DNA of 64,000 nucleotides, from the NCBI GenBank assembly GCA_010909165.1, contig MU008154.1, forward strand, positions 372,001 through 436,000, in the 5' to 3' direction. Source of the stretch: Anthoceros angustus. Lineage: Eukaryota > Plantae > Anthocerotophyta. The notes under the pieces are model-generated. The model was not told where the DNA came from, made no database searches, and saw only the letters and a program-made list of their open reading frames with translations. The position numbers were made by a program, and so were the translations under genes. Shown one piece after another: positions 1 through 10,810 of the stretch. How positions within the stretch are numbered: position 1 is the first letter of the stretch; the number at the start of each line of letters is the position of its first letter.

Positions 1-845
1 TTTGTTGGGAAGCATGGAGGAAGGAGGAGTGAAACTAAGTGTGCGGTAGAGATGGGATAACGATGAGCTGCTGAACATCCTGGTGGATTGCATGTGTGCA
101 TACGTGGGGAGCGCAGATTGATGAGGCTCACGAGTCACCACCCGACAATCACAAGAGGGTGGGCGATCACGACGAGGTGGTGGATGTTGCAGAGACGGCG
201 GTGTTTAGCGAGGAAAGAAGGAAAGAAAAAAAAAGTGGAGTGGGAACAGAAAGGAAGAAAGGCAAGAGAGACGTGCAGGTCGTGAGGGCGCCGGCGGCAA
301 GAAAGGCTAGTCCTGGCCTACATGGCGCCGAGGACGACGGGTCACGACGCCATCTCACTGCCACGCTGGCGAAGGCGAGGTGGAATTGTGCTGCTTGGAG
401 CTCCTGCCCGCGTCCCCTTCGCTTCTCTCGTCCTCGTCGTCTTCGTCGTGTTCGTCCGGCCGAGCCAGGCCGATGCATGTTGGTAGATCCCCGCCACCCG
501 CAGTCTTCCACCACCCAAGTGAGCGAGCAAGCCCTGCGCAGCGAGAGAAGCAGGGCAAGAATCAGCCACCGCCGGATCGATCCGCCGGGAGGGGAAGCAG
601 GGAGGGAGCAGGGAGCAGGGAATCGGAATCAGGATCTGCCGCAATTGGGCTCCATGACGGGCCGGGCCTGCCCCCGGCGGGCTGCTAATCGGGTGCGCAT
701 GGCCGGGGTGGAGCCGATCTGACTGACGCCTTCCCGCTGCCCGCCGCCGTGGTTGGTGTCGTGGGTGGGTGCCATGGCCGCGGCGCTGTCGCTGGCGCTG
801 TGCCCCGGGGTGCAGGGGGAGCGGGGGGTGCGGGTGCGCCTCCCT

Positions 846-884
846 CACGTGACCCAGGGACGTGACGGGTGGAGGAGGCACGTG
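846..884. promoter_or_regulatory. G-box/ABRE-like ACGTG cluster upstream of the DUF179 gene
   Basis: CACGTG at 846-851, GACGTG at 859-864, CACGTG at 879-884 (duplicated at 1665-1703); another CACGTG at 1080-1085. Confidence 0.45.
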
Positions 885-1305
885 ATGCCTGGTGCTGCTG
901 GAGGGCGTGGGCTGTGCGAGTTGAGGTTCCGGAGGAGAGCCGGCGGGGAGCAGGAGCGCGGAATTGGGGGCGCTGAAGCTGAGCCTGGGAGGGTGAAGCT
1001 CGCGCAGCGCGGCATTCCGATTCCCAGGTCTTTGTCATTTGATAGCTGGTTCTTTCGTCTCGTGGGGCTGGGGCTTGTTCACGTGAGTGAGAATAATGGG
1101 TTGCTGGCGAGGAGGCTGGGCTCGGGAGAGGTCATGAACGTGCTTGTTCACCCAGGGAGATGTGGTTTCCAGAGGCATGACAGGGCTTGGAAGAAGGGCT
1201 TCGGCTCTGGCCTCGGGCGGGCTTTGGTGTGGAACCGGGGTGTGACTGCTGGTGGTGGTGATGCAGGATCCGATGGCTCTGGTGAGTGTTGTATGTTGTT
1301 TGTGT

Positions 1306-1337
1306 GATGGATGGATGGATGGATGGATGGATGGATG
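1306..1337. repeat. (GATG)n microsatellite in the DUF179 intron (second copy 2118-2149)
   Basis: Direct GATG tetranucleotide run. Confidence 0.95.
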
Positions 1338-1951
1338 GGGTTGTTTGTTTGCTTGTTTCTGGAGGTTGGAGGTTGATTGTGTGTGGTTTGGGGATGGGGA
1401 TGCAGATTGGAGCCATGTGTGTGAGGCTTCGAAGAAGGGGAACAACAACCCGCAGTCTATTCCTCCTGAGGAGGACTCGGACCCTAAGAGAAAGCAAGGA
1501 GATGGGCAGCAGAGTGGTGATGCCACCAGGTCGTCCTTCCCAGGCCGCCCATGGTGCCGGAGACGGACTGGAGGCTTGTTCGTGCTCGTTTGGTTGCTGG
1601 AGAGCAGGCTCCACGGGGAGCGGGAGTGGAGGAGATGCAGGGGAGCGGGGTGGTGCGCCTCCCTCACGTGACCCAGGGACGTGACGGGTGGAGGAGGCAC
1701 GTGATGCCTGGTGCTGCTGGAGGGCGTGGGCTGTGCGAGTTGAGGTTCCGGAGGAGAGCCGGCGGGGAGCAGGAGCGCGGAATTGGGGGCGCTGAAGCTG
1801 AGCCTGGGAGGGTGAAGCTCGCGCAGCGCGGCATTCCGATTCCCAGGTCTTTGTCATTTGATAGCTGGTTCTTTCGTCTCGTGGGCTGGGGCTTGTTCAC
1901 GTGAGTGAGAATAATGGGTTGCTGGCGAGGAGGCTGGGGCTCGGAGAGGTC

Positions 1952-3128
1952 ATGAACGTGCTTGTTCACCCAGGGAGATGTGGTTTCAGAGGCATGACAG
2001 GGCTTGGAAGAAGGGCTTCGGCTCTGGCCTCAGGGCTTTGGTGTGGAACCGGGGTGTGACTGCTGGTGGTGGTGATGCAGGATCCGATGGCTCTGGTGAG
2101 TGTTGTATGTTGTTTGTGATGGATGGATGGATGGATGGATGGATGGATGGGGTTGTTTGTTTGCTTGTTTCTGGAGGTTGGAGGTTGATTGTGTGTGGTT
2201 TGGGGATGGGGATGCAGATTGGAGCCATGTGTGTGAGGCTTCGAAGAAGGGGAACAACAACCCGCAGTCTATTCCTCCTGAGGAGGACTCGGACCCTAAG
2301 AGAAAGCAAGGAGATGGGCAGCAGAGTGGTGATGCCACCAGGTCGTCCTTCCCCAGGCCGCCCATGGTGCCGGAGACGGACTGGAGGCTTGTTCGTGCTC
2401 GTTTGGTTGCTGGAGAGCAGGCTCCCACGGGGAGCGGGAGTGGAGGAGATGCAGCAGGGGAGCTGAAGGCTGCTGCTGCTGCGGACTCTGCTCCTGCTTC
2501 TGGAGGGCATGGGTTTTATCCTGCTGTGGGGAAGAGGTGGGCTCACCCTATCCTGGCTCCCGAGGCAGGGGCCGTGCTGATAGCCTCCGAGAAGCTGGAC
2601 GGGATGCCGAATTTCGAACGGAGTGTGGTGCTGCTGCTGAACGGGGGGCCGGTGTGGAGCAAGGTGGCACCGTATGGGATTATTCTGAACCAGCCCCTGC
2701 CGCGGAGAATCAAGCATGTGAAGCCCAAGGACCAGGCTCTGGTGAAGACGTTCGGGGCCTGCCAGGTGCATGTGGGAGGGCCCCTCGAGACCAACAAGTT
2801 CCTGCTCTTGCATGCGACTCCGGGGGTGAAGAACTTCCGGGAGGTCATCCCTGGTGTGTACTGCGGCTCCGCGGAGGGCCTGGAGCCCGCAGCCGAGATG
2901 GCCAGGGCTAAGAATGCGCTCCCTCAGGACCTCAGGTTCTTCTTCGGGTACACTGGCTGGGGCACCGACCAGCTGAAGAAGGAGATAGCGTTGGGGCTGT
3001 GGCATGTGGCTGCCTGCAGCACGGACCTCATAACTGGGATCTCCAACGCAGGGCTGTGGGAGGAGATTCTGCTCCTGATGGGGGGGAAGTATGCGGAGCT
3101 CAGCAAGAGGCCCAGGAGGAAGCTCTAG
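1952..3128 (+). CDS. DUF179 / UPF0301 (AlgH/YqgE-like) protein, probably organelle-targeted; 2 exons
   Basis: Motifs DWRLVRARLV, WAHPILAPEAGAVLIASEKL, FERSVVLLL, GIILNQP, VHVGGP, LRFFFGYTGWG, LWEEILLLMGG. Intron GTGAGT(2096)..GCAG(2217). Exon 1 of this copy carries indels; the upstream partial copy (ATG 1134) has an open exon 1. Confidence 0.85.
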
Positions 3129-4165
3129 CATGTGCCACATCCTCTCTTCACATCCTGTGGCAGTAGATGAGAGCGACGACTGGAGTTCTCACACATCACC
3201 ATGGCCATGCCATGGCAGGCAACAACAGACCCCGAGAGAGGAAGGGACTCGCAACTGACATCATCATTCACAACCAGAGCAACATGGCTGTCCTCCGAGT
3301 CCCTGGCCACATGCCGAGCAGCATGGACCTCATGCCGGCTTCACAGACACTCCGTCCGAGGGTAATTCCAGAAGAACGGGGAGAAGAGTGAAGGCTTTTT
3401 TTCACCAAAAGCATCACAGACCAGCCATTGCTCTCACTGTGCATTGGTTCAAGCACAGCTGCCGTTGGCATTCGGACATCTCAAGCAACTTGCTCCTCTG
3501 CTATGCATGTACCTCGATTCTTTTCCGGATTTCCTTGCACCTGCCGCGGGATGCGTGCATGTCTTTCTCCTCGTGTGCTGTGAACACAGCCTGTGCTTTA
3601 TGGGCTTTTGCGGGTGCACGCAAAACGGTGTGATGCCGTCACAGACTCATACCGCCGGGAAGGTGATGACGCCGGCTTGTGCCGCCAAGGGAACACGAAA
3701 CGTTTTCATTTCGCCGTTTGGCACATCCCCTGCTCAGACAGACCCAGTGAGCAGCAGAGCGTGCCTGCCTCTGCGCGGGAAGGCGGCGGCAGTTTTGTGG
3801 ATTGGATCCCATCCTCGTAGCAGGAGCGGGTGTGGGGTAGGCTCGCGGATTGCTTTCCGTACAACACTGGGAGCGATTATTGAAGTGCGGGAAATGGCGC
3901 TTGTGATTTTTGGAGATCCCTGACAGGGGAGTTACGCAATTGTGAGGCCGTCACTGTTATCTGCAGCTTCTCCGAAGGCGTCGGGCGGCGTAGCGGAGCA
4001 CCGTGTGTGGAGGATTCGCACTGTTAGAAACGATTGCCGATCCTGCAAGGAGCTGGAATAGTGTAGGAACTCATTTGGAAAGCTCTCGTGCGACAGCGCA
4101 GTGTCAGTCGGCGAGCGCGGAGCTCGAGCCTGCGGTTGTGTGCGTGGAGTCGGAGTGCAGGCAAT

Positions 4166-5830
4166 ATGAGAGGAAGGTGTGTTGTGAAGGCTTGGTTTAG
4201 TATCATTGTTCATTGTGTGTTGTTTGTGAGTGTGTGAGGGAGAGAGAGATGGATTGTGTGTTTGTTGCGAATCTGTACATATGGATTTGTGTGTTAATCG
4301 TCCTTGCTGTCCGCTGTCCGCTCTCCGCGGCTGGAATGTGGTGTGTGTCTTCAGGGAAGAGAACGAAGCACGGACACCGCTCTTAGAGAACAGGGAAGAT
4401 GCCTCGAGTGGAATCCCGGACAGGTTAGGTTTGTTTCTGTTCGCGACGGTCAGATCTCACCTGGTGTGTTTGCATGCTTCCTGTTCGTTGCGGCGTCTGA
4501 TGGATTTTGAGGTTGATGCAGAGAGGAGGATAATGAGACTGCCGGTTTGCAACCATGGACTTGTCGCTTGGCCTCAGACCATGAGGAAGAGGATAGGTCG
4601 GTGGCTACCGCCAGGCTAAGCAAGGCTGTGATATTCTGTCTGGTGTTTATGGTTGTGGAAGTAGCCGGAGGTGTGTGGGCCAACAGCTTGGCAATTCTGA
4701 CAGACGCAGCACATATGCTCTCCGATGTTGCTAGCTTTGCGATCTCGCTGTTTGCACTTTGGGCAGCAAGCTGGGACGCAACACCACGTCAGTCCTATGG
4801 CTTTCATAGGCTTGAGATCCTGGGAGCGCTGCTATCTATACAGATTATTTGGCTGATAACAGGCATACTGGTGTATGAAGCTGTTGACAGGCTCATCCAT
4901 GAGACCCAGCCTGTCGATGGCAAGCTCATGTGTGTCATTGCAGCTCTGGGGTTGGTGGTGAATCTTGCTATGATCTTCCTGCTTGGGCATGGCCATGAGC
5001 ATGGTAGCGAAGGGGCTCATTCGCATGGATTTGGCCACAGCCATGCTGTTGGTCATGGACATGACCATACCCATGCTCATAACCATGCGCATGACCATGA
5101 CCATACCCATGCTCATGACCATGGGCATAACCATGATGGGCATAACCGTGATGGGCATGACCATGGAAGCCATCATGATGGATATGAACAGCTCTCTGGT
5201 GACGACCCTGCTAGACCTGTTGCCCTGGATCTGCACGATGGTGGCCGCTCGGCTCAAGGCACATGCATTGCTTATGCCATAAAAGATGGCAAGCGGACTT
5301 GCCAAACTATTAAAGTTGATCAGGATCTTGAACACGATGGTGGAGTGTCATCCGGCAATATCAATGTGCGAGGTGCTTACTTGCATGTGCTGGGGGATTT
5401 GATCCAAAGCATTGGAGTTTTAATAGCAGGTGCAGTCATCTGGTATAAACCTGATTGGCAGATTGTGGATCCTGTGTGTACCTTGCTCTTCGCCGTGCTG
5501 GTTTTGTTCACAACCATCAGGATACTCAGGGACATTTTAGATGTGTTGATGGAAAACACCCCACGTGAGATTGATGCACAGAAGTTGGAGGCTGGTCTTT
5601 CCAGTATTCAAGATGTAGTTGCCGTACATGAGCTTCATATCTGGGCCATCACTGTGGGCAAGACTCTTCTCGCCTGCCACGTTACCATCCAACCTGGAGC
5701 AGATTACTGTAAGGTTCTGGAGGATGTGATTGCGTACTGTCGGACAGACTTCAAGATCAGCCACGTTACGGTGCAGATTGAGGTGGCAAGAGATGTAGGA
5801 GGAAGTCAGCAGGGGCCCTTGCACTGTTAA
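4166..5830 (+). CDS. MTP1: Metal tolerance protein, Zn-CDF group 1 (MTP1-like vacuolar Zn/H+ antiporter); exons 4166-4176, 4355-4423, 4522-5830
   Basis: [15 protein letters not shown] (HxxxD, TM2), YLHVLGD (TM5), His-rich loop, [13 protein letters not shown] and SHVTVQIE C-terminus. Two GT-AG introns join the upstream ATG in frame; these two short exons are less certain than the main exon. Confidence 0.93.
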
Positions 5831-6725
5831 ATGTGATGGGATGATGGTTTGTTCATGCTGGCTGCAACGTTCTTCAACTTAAGCAGACAACAGTGGATCC
5901 TCTTAGGTGGATTTTCGAAGGGAGACTTTTGATCGTTCAGCGAGGCTGCTGATCGGCAGAAAAGCTTATTATTCCAGTCATTGATATCCCAAGAGCCTCA
6001 AGGATCCCTTCAACTGGCCGAGCCTACCACATTGCGGTTTACGATCATGGAGTTCCTTTTTGTTGACTGTTAGGAGCATCACAATTTTGTGCAATGTGGA
6101 CGCTTGATGATTTCCAATATTTGACTGTGCAACCTTGAGAAGAAAATACTTTTCAGGTAATTGATGTGCTCTTAATGGCCTGGGTGACCTAGCGGCTTGG
6201 CTTCTTCCCGGAGCGGCTCTACCACGCAACTCTTCATGACAAGTTTGTGCGTCCCCTTGGACGTCGCTTTTGTGCTCCTCGTTGCATCTGCAATGCTACA
6301 TGCCAAACACTGAAAGGAAACCAGTGCAGCATCTCTTGCTGCATGCGTGAATACATGCCTCAAAGCACGCCCTAAATGTGTGGAAAAACATAAGATACAC
6401 TGCTGTCCGAAATTTATTTAACCGTCGTCATTTCCAGGATCAAGAGGTCCACCGATATACCGTTCAACGGCCGTGGCACTTCACATGACAGTCACCAACC
6501 TGTCTCTTTACACCTAATGAATAACTGCTGTCTTAATCCCTCCTACATTAGTAAAGCTTGGTCACAAAGCTTCTTCATAAACATGAGCAAAATTATTGCT
6601 CACCATGGACCAATTGGAGGTCTATGGCTGAGCCATTCCCGCCTTCTTTCAAGGGCATAGATAGTTGATGAGCCGAGAGATAGAGTACACACCCAGAACC
6701 TTCGTGAGAAATGAAAAATGAGGAC

Positions 6726-8397
6726 TTATGGTGTATTATTGATGTTCGCGTCATTAGCCCAGACCTGGATAGACAATGAACATGGAGGGGCTTAGAGCAG
6801 CAAGATGCTGTAACTTGACACTTGCGGGGTGATACATCAAAGCCATGAATTACCTTCAGGCATGAATCCCAGCTCCCAGTGCAAAGGGCACTTCCATCAG
6901 ATGCCAGCCCAAGGCAGCTTACCCGATTGCCATGTGCTGAGCCCAGGTCATGTATAGGCTGAAGCCATGACAAAGAGACGCACAGTGAGATCTCAGCTTG
7001 CAAGCTATGTCTGCCCGACAACATGGTCAGACAAATGCAGACTCACAGCATCTCTGAGGTTGTGGTGATGGGTTTTCACCTGAGCCATTAATGTATCCCA
7101 CACCAGACATGCCCCACTGGAGTAGGCTGAGAACAGAAGTCGCCCGGAGTGGGAGAAAGCAATGCCGGTAACTTGACCAGTATCTCGAATGGGGCTCCTG
7201 GTCATCCCATTCGCAGACGGTTCTGGGTACTGTTGAAGCTCGTGGACAGTTCGGGTGTCAAAGATTCTGCAAGTACCATCATCCGAACCGGTTCCAAAGC
7301 TGAGCCCATCTGGCAGGAACTGCACAGCATTGACATCTTGTGTGTGCCCATGAAATGTATATGTCGCCCTGGTCGACACTCGAGTATCCCACAACCTTGC
7401 CGTGGTGTCACAGGAACCAGAAACGAACATTCGCGGATTGTGCGCACTGATGGACAAACTGCAACGCAAAAATCATTGTCAGACACTGTGACGGACATAA
7501 ACATGCCGGGAAACGTTGCACCTTCTTCGGAGCATCATCACGGGAGCAAGCACACCTAAGAAGAGACCTTCACCTCATGACATCCCCAGTATGCCCTGGA
7601 CCACCATCACCACCAAAGGTTACAATCCGCCGTTGGGCTTCCACATCCCAAAGCATGCAAGTCTGGTCTCCAGAACTTGTGATGATATGCGCATCTTGGT
7701 CAGGTACAAAACGGCAACAGGATAGGTAGCCCTTGTGGCCAGTCAGCGTTCTGAAAACGGGCAAATTTCCATCTCTGTCAGGCGGGGCATTCAAGTGGAA
7801 AATAGAGCAGCAATTGTCCAGTCCACCACAGGCAACTCTCTCGCCTCCGGGTGAAAATGCACAGGCCATTACCCAAGCACAGAGGAGCTTTATTGCATGA
7901 GTCTTCTGGCCTGTAATGGCGTTCCACACAATAAGCCTTCCATCCCCGGAGGCACTCACAACACGATTCTTCTCCCGAAATGACCAATCCAGTGAGTATA
8001 TCTGCGACAATGCAGACAATTCCCACACATAATTGAGTAACCCACCACCCCTCCTACTCCATTCCACACTGTGCAAACATCAGGAAGCACAATTCCCACC
8101 ACACCACAGCTACCTTGCCTGCGTGCCCCCGCAACGTTCTCACACACTTGAACTCACGGACAAATCGCTCCCTGTCCAGAACAGACCGACCGTCTCTCCT
8201 TGCAAATGTCGAAACTGCTCAAGAGGCAAAAATGGCTCAGCATCTTCATACTCGTACGTGACAGACAGTCTAACTGTAGAGAACCCACCATCCATATCAG
8301 CCAGCTCCAAGCGCCGGCGTTGTAGCTGCTCCTTAAGATTAAAGACATCCGCCTTGGCTGCAGCATTTTGCTCTTCCAACTCACTGATTATAGACAT
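6726..8397 (-). CDS. AGB1: Heterotrimeric G-protein beta subunit (WD40), multi-exon
   Basis: N-terminal coiled coil [18 protein letters not shown]; RTLRGHAGK|IYSLDWS; [27 protein letters not shown]; [14 protein letters not shown]; [13 protein letters not shown]; [11 protein letters not shown]; stop TAA at 6726-6728. Confidence 0.95.
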
Positions 8398-9971
8398 GTG
8401 CAAAGGCCCGGAGTCAAAATTCAAGGAGCTGGCTTGCACATTACATCTGCCGAGCTCACAGGGAGTGCTCATCCAAATGCAGTCATCTTCCCCGTTCCTA
8501 CATACAACTTCGAGCAACCAGTTTTCCAGACTTGGTCAAAAGGTTCTGCTAGGAAGTTGGAACGGAGTTGTTCGGTCCGAACCTTCTGGACCATATGCAA
8601 TCCGTACATAGGTCCTGACAGTCTTGCATCTCAGGCTCTCAGCTCCCAAGTCCCTTCCCCTCTTCAGAACACGCTTACCAAAGCTGCCCACTTACATACA
8701 TATGTATGCACGTTTTGGTCAAAAGGCTTTGCACTATTTTCGAAAGACAGCCCAAACAGCTGCAAAGATGTCGTTGCAGATATGGTTCGAGGGATCGAGG
8801 GAGGCGTTTCTGTTAGATTCAAGCAGAGACGATCTATCGTAAAATGAACAGGCTGGCCCAACACCTCATAGTCACTACAGCCTGAAACAACACATCCGAC
8901 AAACTAGGTAGTGAGACCGTCCGATACTAGCCTGGCCAACAAGGAGGTAAACTTGTGAATTGTTCTTGCAAGGATAATATGTGACAACTTGTGTTAATAC
9001 ACTAATAATGAATCTAAATTTAAAGATTATGGACGTAATGCTCTAAGTTGCTATGGATGTAAGCTCTAAGTACATGTACCTATGGATGTGTATAGCTACC
9101 TAGGGTTTAGAGTGTGAATTATTTTTAGTTAATAGTAAATTAAATTTTTAATAAATTATTTCAACTAGTGGAAGTTATTCCAAAACTATTTAAATTATGG
9201 ATTATCTATTCGAGGAAATATATTGTAGAAAATCATATTTAAAATATTGATATAATATCAAATTAAAAAATTATTGCAATAGAAAAATCTGTATATGTAA
9301 CTATACATCAACTACTAGGTAATGGACAAAATCACTTATATTTAATTAAGTAGATTCCCATGTAGTTCTAAAATCATAAATTGCATAGTGAGTGTAATCA
9401 ACAGGACCCACAAGTCAATTCTCTCGAAACCTCAAGTGGCACCTCCTTTGATTATATCATAAATAACTAAATAGTATAGGGATGAACCAGATAGATATTA
9501 CTACCTCAACATAATTAGTTTTTATACCTCCACTTAGTTGGTAATAGTTAGAACTCTTTGACTCATACTTCTGGGTCTGATTATTACTAATCATAACTCT
9601 CAAATATATTAGATTAATATCTAACTATTATATAGTTTTATTTATTTATTATTAAAGTTCAATCAATCTTAGTTCTGCGAGGGACTCTTAAGAATTAATC
9701 CTGGTTATCGAGTGGACTCTATTTTGTAGCACAGGTTCACTGAATGAACTCTTAAGAACTTTAATCCCTTATATTTTCCTACCATTATATATCAATTTGC
9801 CTTGAAGAGATTGAATGGATAGATATATCTACGTGATCAACCTCTATTTCGAAAGGTTGAGAAGAGTAGTGCCAGTCATGTATGATAGACTTCTTTTTCT
9901 TCTTTGGTCTAGTGATAGAGTATCATCCTGTCGTACTGTAGTCTTGAGTACAATTAGCGGTTGATGTATGC

Positions 9972-10370
9972 TGTTACGACCGCCAGAGCCACAAGCCCGT
10001 GGCCGGAGGCAGAGCCATACGCAAGCCGAACCCGGCTTAGGTTATCGGACCTAGAGGTACCCACCGGTTGGTGAAGAAACCCAGACAGGATAATGACGTT
10101 AGGGCATGCTAACAAAAAACCTTAAAACTTGTTTTCCGAAACTAGTCCTAGTAAATAGGTTATTTACTAACTTAGACTAGAAGGGGTTAAATCCCATTCG
10201 TGGTAGTTAGACTTGATCTTGAGCAGACTTGATCTGCAGCTTCTTGGCGGACACAGCTTGTACTATGGACACTAAGAATTCGAGAGCCATTTGCTGAAGG
10301 CTCATCTCACGACGGGGAGCTCAGGCCCTAGAAGCGCATCTGGGCTTGAATGCAGATCCTTGCCGTGACA
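9972..10370 (+). repeat. 5' LTR
   Basis: TGTTACGACC...GCCGTGACA; matches 21430-21858. Confidence 0.96.
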
Positions 10371-10372
10371 CT

Positions 10373-10385
10373 TGGTATCAGAGCC
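10373..10385 (+). other. Primer-binding site complementary to initiator tRNA-Met
   Basis: TGGTATCAGAGCC two bases after the 5' LTR. Confidence 0.93.
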
Positions 10386-10810
10386 GACGAATCCTGCACA
10401 CCCCCGTAGGATCAAAGATCGGAATAGGGGGGGGGACCCAGCTCGACGACCTTGGACTCAACGGCAAGAAGAGAGACCACAAGGAGTCAGAGAAGCGAGA
10501 TCGAGGAACAAGAATCGGAGTTGGGATTCCTGAAAGATCTAGACCTGAAGGTTGTGGACACTTACGCGCTTCTGGCCGCTGTGCAGATCGGTTGTCTCGG
10601 GGGGGAGAGTCGGGACTACCTCGCTGCGGTGACGCCGTTTCCAGTGTCGGACCGCTGTGGGAAAATCGAGAAGAACTACCACCGGCCTCAAGTCGCGCAA
10701 CTCCAGAAACCTGTACCGAGGCCAACAGGGTCAGCCGCCGGCGGGAAGTCTTCGACACCTGCGACGCGGCGTTCAGACATCTCAGAACTCCAGATCCGGT
10801 ACTAGACACC

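Larger units (their letters stand above)
811..2463. repeat. ~825-bp tandem duplication of the promoter and 5' part of the DUF179 gene (probable assembly artefact)
   Basis: 811-1636 recurs at 1636-2463. The junction lies at the shared word GCAGGGG(G)AGC (812, 1637, 2454). Copies differ almost only by small indels in homopolymers and short repeats. Confidence 0.9.

Noticed and set aside
1-810. ORFs at the left edge
   Set aside because: GC-rich ORFs without recognisable domains; may be the leader or promoter of a gene outside the window.
4832-5335. Met/Val-rich alternative-frame and antisense ORFs
   Set aside because: Shadows of the His-codon repeats of the MTP loop.
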